The notes under the pieces were generated by a model. It had not been told where the DNA came from. It did no database searches and worked only from the letters and a program-made list of their open reading frames with translations. From contig NC_058369.1 in assembly GCF_018350175.1 (NCBI RefSeq), positions 25,918,001-25,982,000 on the forward strand: 64,000 nucleotides of DNA, read 5' to 3'. Below are positions 13,326 through 26,711 of this stretch, one piece after another (the first letter of the stretch is position 1; each line of letters starts with the position of its first letter). The stretch is from Felis catus (Eukaryota). A program made the position numbers and the translations under genes.

Positions 13326-14252
13326 GTTTGTTTTCTGTGGGTTTTCTGTGGGTTTTGAAAATTATTCTTTTGGACAATAGATGTTAGTGTACATTTCCAA
13401 GGTCATAGTATTTTAACCATCAATTTATTTCTTATAGCTCACCAAATGGCAATCCAGTAATGGTATCATATAAAATAGTCGGAGTTCTGTTGTAAGAAGG
13501 ATATCTTAATTAGAAAGTTTCTTTTTAATTTTTAAATGGGTATATATGTGTGGGGTTTTTTGGGTTTTTTTTTAATGCTTGAAGTAGATTCTTTAGGTAG
13601 TAAAAGATTTGTTCTGATCTGTCTTCCTTCTAGCATTATTTTCAGGTTTTGTATTTGATATTTGTTACATTTGATATAAAATTTTAATTAAATACAATGT
13701 AAATCTTTTAATGAAACAATGTAAAACAGGTGAAAAATGCTTGTATGTCTGTTTCTGTAATTGTTATGCCTTTAACATTCCGTATGAAATTTATATTTTG
13801 TTAATTTTCGGCAACTCAATTTGATTTAAACAAAAGTGATTATGTGGGGTCTTATATTTTATGATGAGAGTCTTATACATTGAAATAGTTTATTCTATTA
13901 ATTCTTTTCTGTTACAATTGTCAGAGAAGAAAAGTAAGTTTTAAAGCATTATATTGTCGAGTCACTTTTATGCATTAGGGAAATTGGTCAAATAAATTTG
14001 GTATGATACGCTCATTATCATTATCATTATCATACCTAAGATTTTCATCAGAAGATACCGCTATAAAATTTATAACTAGATTCACAATCTTTTTGGCCAG
14101 TTAAAACAATGAGTGTTAAAAGTTTCAAATACTCTGCTTCAGTACATTTTGTTTTATGAACGTAACTGAATCCATTTCGACTTTTAAAAATATTTAAAAG
14201 AAGAATGTTATTTCAAGTATCTGGTGGCTTCCGTTCTGAATTTTGTGCATGA

Positions 14253-14349
14253 CAGATGCCATATTTGGGGAAAGAATGCATAGAATATGCATCACTAATA
14301 TTGTTCTGGCAAACAGGCATTGGGTTTCAGAGCAATGAACTATTTTTAG
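14253..14349. promoter_or_regulatory. Candidate muscle enhancer or internal promoter element: E-box CAGATG, CArG CCATATTTGG, MEF2 CTATTTTTAG
   Basis: Perfect consensus motifs at 14253-14258, 14259-14268 and 14340-14349. Confidence 0.55.
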
Positions 14350-15109
14350 TACATGTGGCAATTTATTTCATCTTATTAAAGTGAGATGAGAGCAGACTTC
14401 AACATAGCTTTTACTTCACCACAGAAGCACCTAATCAGATGAGTTGAATAGCCAGCACTCTGAAGTACAAGGAGAGCCTAAGGGGGAAAAATCAGTGCTT
14501 CTTAGTTAAAGAAAAATGTCTTGCTACTTTAGTGCTTCTATTTAATACATTCTGAATTAGAATATATTTGCTTGAAATTATATGATGTAATTATTGAAAA
14601 AGATTTGTGCCACCTTACATTTGCTTTTGAAACCTGGCCATAAAATATGTGCTGAAAGCTTTAAAGAGCATGCATTTTGATCCAGCAATCCCACTTCTGG
14701 GTTGTTATTTTAAGGAACAAATTAGACAGATATGCAAGGGTATTTACATCAATGTTTTAAAGCAAAAAGAGGAAAACGGAAGTGTCCAATAATAAGGGCA
14801 TTTATTATAGCAAGTAAGTCCACACAACTAATAAAATACATCTGTTAAAATTGATAATATAGACACAAGTTTTACGTACCCAGAGATTATTTTGTCAGCA
14901 GTCAACATTTTACAAGCGTTTCTCACGGTTAATGTGCAGAGGTACACTAATCCTTGTAACAAACTAGATAAAATAAGTTACATTTTAAGAATTTCATATC
15001 TGGCTATAAAATATTTCTTTTGGATTTGGCTAAATCGTTTTATTTTAAAATGCTCTCATCAGTGACATTTTTGATAGGATTTGTTCTCTGCATGGAAAAT
15101 ATCAGTTGT

Positions 15110-15325
15110 GGGGCAGCTGGGTAACTCAGTCAGTTAAGCGTCTGACTTTGGCTCAGGTCATGATCTCACGGTTCATGGGTCAAGCCTTGCGTCTGGCTCT
15201 GTGCTGACAGCTCAGAGTCTGGAGCCGGCTTCGGATTCAGTGTCTCCCACTCTCTATGCTCCTCCCCTGCTTGTGCTCTGTCTCCTTCTGTCTCTTAAAA
15301 ATAAATAAAAACGTTAAAAAAAAAA
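15110..15325 (+). mobile_element. Can-SINE
   Basis: TSD gaaaatatcagttgt. Confidence 0.92.
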
Positions 15326-15956
15326 GAAAATATCAGTTGTTAGAAATTGCTAATTACCAGCTGTTACAAGTCTAAGTGTTTCCTTCAGATATTTCATCTA
15401 ATGCAAAATATAATCATAGGTTGCATGTGCTTTCTATTTAAACCCTAACTCAACTCGTAGTCATTGTGTGTTTACTGTAGTCTTAGGGTGGAAGTAGAAA
15501 GAATACTAGTAGATAAAACAGATGGTTTCAACCCCAGGTACTACCACTAACTAGCTGTATGCCCTCAGGCAACTCACTTTAGCTCTTTAAACTTCAGTTT
15601 CCTCATGTGTAAAATAGAATTGACGATATTTAATTGTGGGAATTTAATGAAATATTGCTCACAAAGCAAGAAACATTGTTCTGGTATTCAACAAATGTTT
15701 AGTTCTCACTTCCCTTCTTGCTTTCCTTTCCAACTAATGGTTCCATTGGTATAGGAAGTGGTCTCTGGCCAGTGTTTTGCCCATCCATCATAATGTCTTC
15801 TCAGAGATACAGTGAAAATAGTCACCTTGCAGACTTTCCAGTTTAGGAACAGTTTTGATATTGGTGTTGGTAGTTATTCTTCTGTTTCCTTCTATATATT
15901 ATTGGTGTGTATCTTAATGATTAAGTACTGCACAGAAAATCAACCAGTAAGGAGGG

Positions 15957-15957
15957 T

Positions 15958-16017
<60 letters not shown>

Positions 16018-16139
16018 TCAGTTTATTTATCTTGAGAGAGAGAGAGAGTGAAGGAGGGGCAAGACAGAGAATTGCGAACCATAAGATCATGACCTGAGCT
16101 GAAACAAAGAGGCAACCAACTGAGCCACCCAGGCGCCCC
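15957..16139 (-). mobile_element. Internally deleted Can-SINE with (TTTC)n tail microsatellite
   Basis: (TTTC)n at ~15957-16019, then a shortened body ending CCAGGCGCCCC. Confidence 0.85.
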
Positions 16140-18506
16140 AGGACTTGCTAATACTAGAAAGTTGGGTGCTGCTTCATAGCTAAAGAATGGATGTTTTAAA
16201 AAGAAGGAGATACTCTACTTCTCTTTTTTTGTGTCCTGTGTTTCATTCTTGAGTAGATTTGGTTTGCCTCCATATAATAATTGTAATATCAGGACATAAC
16301 AGTGATGGACCATAATTTGACTTGCTCAAAACTTTGTCTTCTTACTCAAAGTAGACTTGTGCCTTCAAACATCTGATTCTGGAGCACCTACTATGCACTG
16401 TGCACTGTTTTCTGCAATGGGGAGATAGCAGTTAACAAAACAGACAAAAATCCCAGCCCTCATGGAACTTAATATTCTAGTAAGATCTTAATGGAAGATT
16501 TGGTCCCACCTTTAATTTTACTTTCCCAGCTAATACTTTAATATAAGATAGAGTTCCTTCTAAGCCAGAAGAATACTTTTGAAAATATAGTCTTCTTGGT
16601 TTACCTCAGTATCTTGATCTTAAAATTGCCAAGAATTTTAAAATCAGAAGACAGTCATTTTTCTGTTCTCCCACAGTCATCCCTTTTCTGTGTATAGATT
16701 AGAAGTATTAGCCTGCCTTGTTTGAGACTGTAACTTTGTGATTAAAACTAGAACATTCAGAAATGTCTGATTATAGCACACTGTGAATGCACCAGAGGTC
16801 ATAGATTGGATTCCCATGGGCCTCTGTGGTCAGTGACTTCACTTCTAATCTAAGCTCTGTGTCTCTCAGCAGTTGGCCTCGGACTAGAAATGGCAGTGAG
16901 AAAAGAAGCAAGAGTCTTCTTGCAATCTGTCACCTATTTCACAAATTAAGCCACCAATTCTAAGGATGTTCTTAATGAAATGGTCATAATAAGTTACATT
17001 CTAATATTATTAAATATATTTTAATATTAATGGTTGTGGATGTTTCTGATTACTTTCAAAATGGAAAATATCTCTTGATTTAGTTGATTATAAAATAATA
17101 TAATTTTTTCAAACGATGTATGACATTATGAAGTTAGAAAGTAAATATCTGCCATGACCCTACCTTCAGATATGATCATGAGTATCTCTGTTGTAGATCC
17201 TTCTAGACTTCAATAAATATGCACAACTGAAAATTCATAGCTAAATGTATAGCTATTTTCAATCTTAATGGGGTCATATTATGCACTGTTCTTTAGCAAC
17301 CTTTATTTTTACTTAATAGTAAGGAATATATCTTGAATGTTTTCCATTCCATAATGAACAATGCTGCAATGAACATCCTTATAATACTATGTGAAGTCTT
17401 TTTTCCTTAGAAGTACTAGAAGTAGATACACACATTTAAATGTTTGGTATGTATTACCACAAACAGTATAGCCAACAGCATAACATTATAAAAAATAATC
17501 ATATGCCCAGGGAATTTATAATCTAACTAAAGAAATCAGATACATATATACACATAGAATATAAAATAGAACATGATTAATTACAAAATCATATGACACA
17601 GAGAAGCTGCAATAAAAAGGAGCAGCATGATGGAGAAATGAAGACTTTGTTAGAGGTATTGGGGCTTAAGCTGCATCTTAATGAATAGGCCAAGTAGAAT
17701 GGTCATTGAGTTTAGCAAAATATCAACTCAAGCAAAGAGTTAGAGGTCGTAGTGAGCTGGCATGTCTCAGCCCTGTAAAGAGGCTAGCCTGACTGAAACA
17801 GAGCTCATGTGTGAATTAATGCAGAGACCAAATTATAGCTAAATCCTGGGATATAAAACTTGGCTGAGGCCTTGTGGAGAACGGAGAAATGACCATCTCT
17901 GTAAATGCTATTCAAATGCACGCCATAGAACATGCAGATGTGCCATTAGCGATAAGGATCTAATTGCCGGTCATCTTTAATAACATTGGTGGGCTTATAA
18001 TTAGGATTTTTGAGAGCAATTTGTTGAAAACAGGGCCTGAGATATCTTCATTGGATCAGGCAGCACAGCACTTGCAAATAACCCCAAAACTTGGTATAAC
18101 TATTGCTAAGGCAACCTAACTAGTGTTTTTATATAAGAGAGCCATTTCCTTTCATCATTTTCAAACAATGTCCACATTGTCCTGGAACTTTGCTATATTT
18201 GTTGCAGTTCTCTGCATACTTTAGCAAAGCTTGCTTCATTTTTGTTTCTAGTTGGCCAGTGGACAGCCTTGACAAAAGCCCCAGCCCTCTGCACAGCAGA
18301 CACGATCCACATTATAATTTAATATGAGCCACGTGTAATAACCAGCATTCCATTTTGGAGTGGAGTGGTGAAGAAGTAAGAGAGGCAGTGACCTCAGTTA
18401 ATTTTAAAAGTATTTTGCATATAGTAGATTTAGAGTTCTCAAAGCCTAAGGTGGTTTTATTGATATAGTTGTAATGAGATGCTACTTTTATTTTTTTTCT
18501 TGGTAG

Positions 18507-18587
18507 AAAACCAGGCAAGAGCAAAGGAATCTGATTTGTCGGATACTCTGAGTCCAAGCAAGGAAAAGAGTAGTGACGACACTACAG
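18507..18587 (+). CDS. SLMAP: SLMAP internal coding exon, 81 nt, phase 1-1: ENQARAKESDLSDTLSPSKEKSSDDTT
   Basis: Acceptor ttttttttcttggtag|, donor cag|gtgagt. The donor is duplicated 22 nt downstream (see findings). Confidence 0.95.
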
Positions 18588-18622
18588 GTGAGTTGTAACG
18601 ACACTACAGGTGAGTTGTAACG
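18576..18622 (+). repeat. Perfect 22-bp tandem duplication ACGACACTACAGGTGAGTTGTA spanning an exon/intron boundary
   Basis: Copies at 18576-18597 and 18598-18619, plus a trailing ACG. Confidence 0.97.
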
Positions 18623-18893
18623 TAGTATTTGCAAATTTACAGACATTATTATTACTGTCTGAGCAGTTTAGGTATGCAGGTTAATGTGAGTGGAGATTTC
18701 AAAGTTTGTGTTTGGGGGAAAAGGCAGTCTCCTTCCGTTTGTGGAGATACTCCCTTGAACCTTGGATATATTGTTAAAATTACTTTCACCTATCCAAATA
18801 CAATACCTGTATAAATTTCACTTACTTATTTTGATAGTGATAGCTTGATGATAGAGCTGATTACTGTTTGTAATTATCTTCCCCCCCCTGCAG

Positions 18894-18953
18894 ACGCCCA
18901 GATGGATGAGCAAGACCTAAATGAACCTCTTGCTAAAGTGTCCCTATTAAAAG
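18894..18953 (+). CDS. SLMAP: SLMAP coding exon, 60 nt, phase 1-1: DAQMDEQDLNEPLAKVSLLK; contains internal ATG at 18902
   Basis: Acceptor cttcccccccctgcag|, donor aag|gtactt; overlaps ORF 18845..19057. Confidence 0.95.
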
Positions 18954-20599
18954 GTACTTTAACATGTTTTTATAACATTTTAAATCAGAGCATCAGATTT
19001 ACCACAAAATTGCATGTCTTATGTGAAGTTTTAAGTTCAGTTAAAAGATTAAGATAGGTTCTCTAAAGTAGCAGGAACTAAAATTTAAAATGTTGGTGTT
19101 GGTGCCGATGCTTCAAAAGAAAATATTTCAATTGTAAAATAATTTGGATCAGTCAAGGTTATGAAGGGCAGAGTGGTAAATGGTAGGAATATGAAATGCA
19201 GCTGTGTTTTTTTTTGTGTTTACCTTTATATTGCTGAGAGAAGCTCATTACCACCTTTAACATAAATTAGAAAGAGAAGAAAATATTAATGTTCTTGAAA
19301 GAATTACCCGTTTTCTCTGTTGTCATATGGTAACAGTTGTAAATTTCCTCATTTTCTGGCCCTCATCCTCCAGTAAACATCCCCAGGTTCTTAGGACAGT
19401 CTTCTAGAAATTTTAGGTAGGCCTAAGATAAGCAGTGCATGTAATAAACTTTCACTCATATCACTTCTAAATGAGAACTACATTTATTTCTTGATATTTA
19501 CTTATTTAGACTGATAATAATAGTAAATAAGTCAACATTTATCGAAGTGTTTTTAAAATAAAGTGCTTTGGGTGGCCTACTGATAAGTTTGTGATTGTCA
19601 CCATATAGGCTCTTTTATATTGCCTTTTGTATACAGGATAAGTTGACATATAAGTTCAGCCCACTGGACTAACCGTAGGCAACTGTCTGGAATGAGCAAA
19701 AACAGCCTGTGGAAGTTTCTTTGTGTAGAGATGCTTATGCTTCTGGCTGGGCTTTTAAGGAATCTCTTAGTCCAGACCCTGGGTTTTGGATTATATAAGG
19801 AAGCCTTAGTTTCACCCTATATGACCCTGCTGCTGGCCTAGTTGTCAGTGATAGGAATTAACAAAGAGATTACCCAGATTCTTTTAGAGATCCTTAACCT
19901 GGGCATCCTGGCCTTCTCTCTTCTTCCCCCTGGATAGTAAAGCTCGCATCACTCTTTGAGGTACCTCTGACTGAATTCCATTACTAAGGGAAGCTCTGAG
20001 GATTACTGGCCCAGGCAGCACAATTGTCAACCTGTCTTTCAGTACAGTCATAGTTTCCAGAACTTTTCTGGCACTCTTACTGATCTGCACTTCCCAGGTG
20101 ACCTTTGGTGTTGATGAGGCATGCTTTTTTTTCTAGCGTTATAGTAATAAGTCTGAGTTAATGTTTGCATAGTCTAGAAGTCTCATCTTGGAGCATTTCT
20201 GATTCTTCTCAGAAATGCAATACTGTTGCTGTGTAAACTGTTACTGATGCTCAAAAACTGTCAGAACCCCTGGGCCTTTGTGGGAACATAGAGAAACAAG
20301 AGTAATGAGCACCTGTCATACAAAAGTAGCTGTTTTATGGTCTTTTTTACTATAGAAATCTCCCAGAAATCTTTTCAGCAGCCAAGTGCAGATTGATTTA
20401 TAAGTAACAATTATGCTTGTGTTAATTATATTCAACTGTTACTAGTGCTCTTGTGATTTTATGTGTCAGTCTGTTTTATATTTTACTTTTATCCTGTTGC
20501 CTACCACAATGCCAGATGTTCAGTTATTTGTTGATTGAATTAACAATAGACCTCTTACATCAAAGTTATAAAACCATAGAGTGTTAGGAAAGTGACACA

Positions 20600-20790
20600 C
20601 TCTACCTAAGAAGTTGAGTCAGAGAGCTCTGGGCTCAGTCCCAGCTCCGCCATTTATTTGTAATTTGTCCTTAGGCAAATTGCTTACCTGCTTTGTGCTT
20701 CAGTTTTTTTCGTTTGTCAAATTGAAATTTATTGTGAGGATTAAATGAGATAATGCATGTAGATCACTCACCATGGTGCTGGGAACATAA
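20600..20790. mobile_element. MIR (other probable MIRs near 6200-6400, 15490-15710, 31820-31990, 50030-50190, 61750-61910)
   Basis: Core-SINE text ccttaggcaaattgcttacctgctttgtgcttcagttt...attgtgaggattaaatgagataatgcatgt. Confidence 0.75.
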
Positions 20791-21249
20791 CCTGTTAAGC
20801 ATCATGATGAAGACACTGCTAATAATGATGTTGGTGATTGACAAAAGCAGACCTATGTGTTAAAGAGTAACTTTTCATTAATTGAATAAGATTATGGGGT
20901 TTAAAAACTATTATTTCCTACTATATCTTTTAGGGGAAGAAGTTAGTGGTGGTAAGCCTAAATGGTTGTTTTTCCATTGTTTCTCTTTTGTAAGACTTGT
21001 GTAATTTCTTGAAAATAATATATTCACTGGCACCTATTAGAAGCACTTGGGTTATGGTTGATTGTATGTGGTTATGCTTTGTAATCTCTATGATTAGGTT
21101 TAGTAGGCTGATAGAACTTTTCTCTTAAATGAAAAAATATCAATTATTAAGCCATAGGGTTAACCTTGAGAGTTGTACAAAGTAGTACAAAGTAGTTGTC
21201 CTTTTTTTTTCCTCATTGAACCCCTGTGCTTGACTTTTTGAACCGCTGT

Positions 21250-21477
21250 TTTTGTTTTTGTTTCTTTTCAATTTTTTTTAATGTTTATTCATTTTTGAGA
21301 AACAGAGTACAAGTGGGGGGTGGGGGGCAGAGAGAGTGGGAGACATAGAATCTGAGGCAGGTTCTAGGCTCTGAGCTGTCAGCACAGAGCCCAATGCGGG
21401 GCTTGAACCCACAAACCGTGAGATCATGACCTGAGCTGAAGTCAGACCCTTAACTGACTGAGCCGCCCAGGCACCCC
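21250..21477 (-). mobile_element. Can-SINE
   Basis: TSD tgaaccgctgtttt/tgaaccactgtttt. Confidence 0.9.
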
Positions 21478-24400
21478 TGAACCACTGTTTTTAAATTTTA
21501 TTCTTTCCCTTCTAAAAAAAAAAAAAAAAAAAAAAGGGCCAATCTTGATTTAGAATTATAATGTGCTACCTTTTGTGTTAATCACCTAGTATGAGGAAGA
21601 GAATGAAATAGATCAAATATTCACCATGAGATATAAATAAAATGAGGATAGCAGTAGTGCCTTTTCCCTGAAATGTTATTTTCAACCAATTTATGACATT
21701 TTTGAGGGAGAAATAAAGATGTGACTTGAACCACAAGTTTATGTATGTTTAATCATTTCCCCCAAAAAGGTAAAAAGAAAACCAGAATTCAGTCTAAGTA
21801 GCATCTAATGCAAGTTTGCTGTATATAAGGAACTATGCCAGGGACTTCAGTGGTTTTAAACTCTGATAAGACTGTCCTTGGGGTTTAAGGAGTTTCTAGT
21901 CCAATTGGTGATAGGAGAGATATAGATAATAAGCTGCATCCTGGTGGTTGTTTAAGGACAGAGAAAGAAAGAATGGGCAGTTTTTTTGTTCCTTTTTGTT
22001 TATCTTGGAAGATGGGCAGGAAAGGCAATTTGAACCTCATGAAGGAAGTATCATTTGAGATGGTCCTGAAAGTGTGTCATACACATATGGCCTATTCAGT
22101 GACAAAAACTGAGTCCTGAATCTGGTTGGGATTCTAGATCCAACTGCCAACTTGCAGGATGTGTAAAGAACTAGGGACATTACCTAAATGAGGTGCTGGG
22201 GATACAACAGCGAAATCCAGAATGTGGAGAATTTTCTAGGACACACAAAAGTAAATTGCAAGGTTTGTGGATGAAAAGGAAAGGAGGATTGGGAAGCCTA
22301 TGAATTAAAAGAGATTTAAGAGATATGTCAACTAAATGCAGTGTGTGAACCTTGTTTGGAACTTCATACAATCCAACTGAAAAAGAATTTGAGACAGTGG
22401 GAAAACTTTAATACAGACTAGATACTTGATATTAAGGAATTGCTTATTTGCAGTGTGATAATAGCATTACAGTTATTTATTTTTTTGTTTTTCTTTTAGA
22501 GATCTTTTTTGTTTTTCTTACCTTTCTTATCTATCGAGATACAGATTTTTTTAAGCGGGTATGATTATAAGAGGAGAAGATCGAGATACCTTCTTAGACA
22601 AAGGGAATATTAGAAACCACAAGCTAGATAATTTGGGTTGGGTTTGACAAGTACAATTAAAGTTTGTTCACATAATCATTTGAGTGTTTTGTAGATTGCA
22701 GTGATTCTTTTGGCAGAATTCTATAGCTTCTAAGTGCAGAAATGATATGATGAGACCTGTATTTTGGGGCAATTTGTTGGATGAACTGAATAGGTAGAGG
22801 CTGGAGGTAAGGCAACCAGTTAGGAGGCTTAGATAATCATTGAGAGTATGAACTAGAATGCCTGCTGTGAAAATTTAAACAAAGAACAAAATCCAGTTTG
22901 GGTCCCTGTTCTTGTCTTTATCATCTTTCCTTCAGTAATCTTACCTTGAATCTGTAGTCCTAAGGAACTGAATATGAGAGATAAATGGAAGTTAAATAGA
23001 ATTCCAGCATTTGACCCTGAGTTACTAAAAGGATGGTAGTGTTATTAACAAGAATATTATTTCTGGAAGAAGAGATGTCCTGTGAGGAAAGTGATGGTTC
23101 AAGTGTGAAACATCACTTCCTGTTCACATCATTGAACAGAGAGGGTGACCTGAACATAGATTCTGGTTTGCCTGGAACCATTTATGCCCATGGTCCCAGC
23201 ACAATTATTAAAAGTGCTTCCTTTCACATTCAGAGATGCTCCGGTTTTGTATTGTCATCCAAGGAACCAGAAATGCAGTTGGAAGTGCAAGACAGAAAGT
23301 AGGACCAGAAAGTCATTTTCACTTATTTCTGAGATATTTATTGACCCAAGAGATACAGAGATACGACACATGAGGAGGCTGCAGTCTTATGGAGGAAAGA
23401 GATATGTTGCTAATATAGTAAATGTTTTAATGGGTGTGGTAGAAACTTTGGAGAGTGCAGCTAACTTCCTGGCTAGGGCAGGGTTTGGGTAGAACAGTAG
23501 TCAGGATAGGCTCCCTAAATGAGGTGGTTAAAGATAAGTCAGAGTATGCCAAGAAGGGAAAAGGAGCCATGCATTTCTTTAAAATACTGCCTTCATTTAC
23601 AAGTAGAAATAATGTTTAAAGTCTGAATAACATCTGTCAGAGACAGGGAAGTGTACAAGAACACAAGTGTGATGGAGCACAGGCTATGTGGCACAAATGT
23701 AATGAAAGGTAAGACTTGGTCAGAAAAAAGGCAGTAACGTGTTTGGGAATTTTCTGCATAAGAGAATTGGACCATTATAGCAGGGAGAACTTAAGGAGAA
23801 AGAAGAGGACAATGGGGAGGATGGAGGAGCCAACAAAAGAACCAGTTGTCAAGAACCCGGCTGGTCAGAAGGAATGGCAAAGAAGCAAGAACCGATAGTA
23901 AAAGGATGCTGCCAAACTTAAATTCATAGTTAGGGTGCCACCTAGGACTATCTCACATGGCTGCACATACTTATGATGGAAAAATGATCTTTCTGCACTG
24001 TGATGGTTATTCTTATCAACCAAGCCTGCAACTGCCAGACCTTCCAAAGGGACAGCAGTCGTAGTAGAAAGAGGGCACATTCACCTGGCCAGCTGCCTCA
24101 GCCAGATCACTTCTGTTAGTTGATGAGGTAACTATCATGACGTTGAGGCTACGTCAGCCTTCAACACACACATGCAAAATAGAACTTGGGAAGAAGTGCT
24201 TTGATTTGGCCCTTTTCCACCTGATCCGGAGTATCTCAACCATGTTTAAAGCAAAGGTCAGCTTTTAAATCAAACCTCCAGAATTTAAGTTAAAACCTCT
24301 AAGTTAAAACACCAAATTCAGTTTAGGATATCTTGTCTGTATTCTGTGTGCCAGGGCTGATTCATTTCGTGGGTTCTTCTATGGTGTGGATCTCTTTACA

Positions 24401-24899
24401 GAATTTAGCCTTAGTCTAAGAAAAGCTGGCCCCTAGCCCAGACTACATACACCAGGCAGTTCTAAGGATACACTATTTATGTGAAGGAGAAAACAGATTC
24501 TGTTAATCTTTCCACTTTATCATGGTTCCTAAAAAACATTTATTTCTGTTTGACTTGCACATCTAAATAAAATAGATTTGGCTTAGAAAGGCTTTCACTT
24601 ATTTTCATCTAAACACTTTCCACCAGTCCTCATCACAACACTTTCCCCAAGATTGTGAAGTAGCTTCATACAAAAAAATCCCTTCCTGTGACAAAAGTAA
24701 GGCACTATGAGACAGGATCCAAGCCATAGTAAACTAATAATGCATTTTCCCACATAACCATATGAAATACAGTGTGCACTTATCAACCTTAGCAGAAAAA
24801 GATTTGCTTATTGGTCTTTGATAAAAAAAATTGGCACTTGGTTTTCTGTAAACAGGATCTGTACAGTACTTACTTGACTAGTTTGAATATAGTCTTTGT

Positions 24900-24951
24900 G
24901 TATATTATATTATATTATATTATATTATATTATATTATATTATATTATATT
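24900..24951. repeat. (TATAT)n microsatellite
   Basis: About 10 perfect units. Confidence 0.95.
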
Positions 24952-25834
24952 AGTAAAGATTTTTGATCAGTATCTTCAACTTCTATGATCAAACACTATG
25001 TAGAATTTGTATGTGTCCATTATTTGATACATGGCATCTTATTTGCTCTAATTAAAATGCCGATCCTTTTTCCTATGTGGTACCAAGAAATAATTTGCAA
25101 ATAGTAAATCCCTTGTTAGCACAATTTATTAATGTGTAGATTATATTTAGTTTTCTGAAACATAATTACTTAATATAAAATCTGTTCCATTGTTTTTAGT
25201 TTAAAAAACAAGTATTAGTTTTGTTTCACAACATCACTGATCAAGGGAATTGTTCTGCAGACAAAAACTGTCTGCTTTAATAGACCTTAAAGATGGATTA
25301 TATATGATTCTTCATTTATAAAATGAAATAGTTCTCTAGTTACTGTATTAATTCATATATGATTATTATGTTTATTTTTTAAATCTACACATTTTAGATG
25401 CAAATCTTTGGTTACCTTTTATATCATTAATCAGATAGTTAAGTGCCTATTGTATGTCTAGCATTGTTTTAGATGGAGTATATAGTATTTCCATAGAGTA
25501 TGGAGCGTAAGTGTGAAACATATATGCATTTAACACGCGTTACTAAAAGGAAATCCCTGATAGGAACCCTCTTATTTCTGAAGAAAAAATAAGAGTTGGT
25601 TGTTAGGAACGGATGCTAATTAAAGCTGATTTCTGCGATATAACTAAGAAGTTACCATGGAAAGACAATTGGATTAGAGTGAGAATTCTAGTCCTCTCTC
25701 TACCACTTCCCAGATGTGTAAGCCATTTCAGATCTCTGGACTTTTATTTCCTCATTTGTAAAATGAAATGAGTAGGTCTCTTCCAAACTTTTATGTATCT
25801 ATATGGGTTCATGCTCCTTTAAAAAATGAAACTA

Positions 25835-26025
25835 GGGGTGCCTGGGTGGCTCAGTTGGTTGAGGATTTAAGTTTTGATTTTGGCTCAGGTCATGATCCCA
25901 GAGTTGTAGGATTGAGCCCCACATTGGACCCTGTGCTGAGTGTGGAGCCTGCTTGGTATTCTTTCTCTGTCTCCCTCTGCCCCTTCCCCATTCCCACACT
26001 CTCTCTCTAAAATTTAAAAAAAAAA
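25835..26025 (+). mobile_element. Can-SINE
   Basis: GGGGTGCCTGGGTGGCTCAGTTGGTTGAG head. Confidence 0.9.
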
Positions 26026-26711
26026 TTTTTTTAATGAAAGAAAATGCTATTGAACAATTAAGAGAACTTGTAAAGAGCTTATCAGTTTGCTTAGGTTTTA
26101 CTGTCAAGCTCTTCAAATCAGGCAAGAGACCACTGTGCACTAGGAGTTAGATGTCAGGGGGTTAGATGCAGAGGCTTCAGCCTGGGCTTTAAAGGATGGG
26201 CAGGCTTGGAGGAGTAAAAGAGAATGCATGAGCAAAAGTGTGTGAGGAAAGTAGTCATGAGGCAGAGCTACTAAGGAGACTAGTAGGGATTGAGTATATT
26301 AGTGACTAGTGGAAAATAAGTAATGACTGGTTTTGTGGAGAAATTTAGAAGTCAGATAAAGATGTCTGCACTTGATACAAAAGAAAGTCAATATAGGTTC
26401 TTGATCTAAGTAAGAGAATTGCTTTAATATCCCCGTGTAGGATAGAATGCAGAAGGGCAGGAAAGGTTAAGGGCAAGAATTTGGACAGAAATGATTGGTG
26501 CTTATTCTAAGATTGTAGCATTGGGATTGGTAATTTCACTTATCTTTTGTAATTATGAAAAATTTCAAACACAAGAAAAGTTGAAGAGTACCAAAAACAC
26601 TCATATATTTATGATTCAACAGTTGTTAGTGTTTTGTCATATTTTCTTTATTTTGATTTTTTTCTTTTTTGTATGTATATGTAGATATGTGTTTTTAGAA
26701 ATGCTTCTTTT

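Noticed and set aside
13080..13380. Upstream ORFs overlapping the 13266 exon as alternative N-termini
   Set aside because: Both are out of frame with SLMAP, and the coding frame has TAA at 13244 just upstream of the acceptor.
18576..18622. CRISPR-like direct repeat
   Set aside because: Only two adjacent copies with no spacer, in a mammalian intron; a simple tandem duplication.
23900..24260. GC-richer intronic block that might be a processed pseudogene
   Set aside because: The frames I translated on both strands had stops and no recognisable protein, with no poly(A) tail or TSD. A Dfam/BLAST search would be needed.
25768..26150. ORFs containing GAWVAQLV-type peptides (also 36817, 40584, 56473, 61360)
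   Set aside because: Can-SINE-derived reading frames, not genes.
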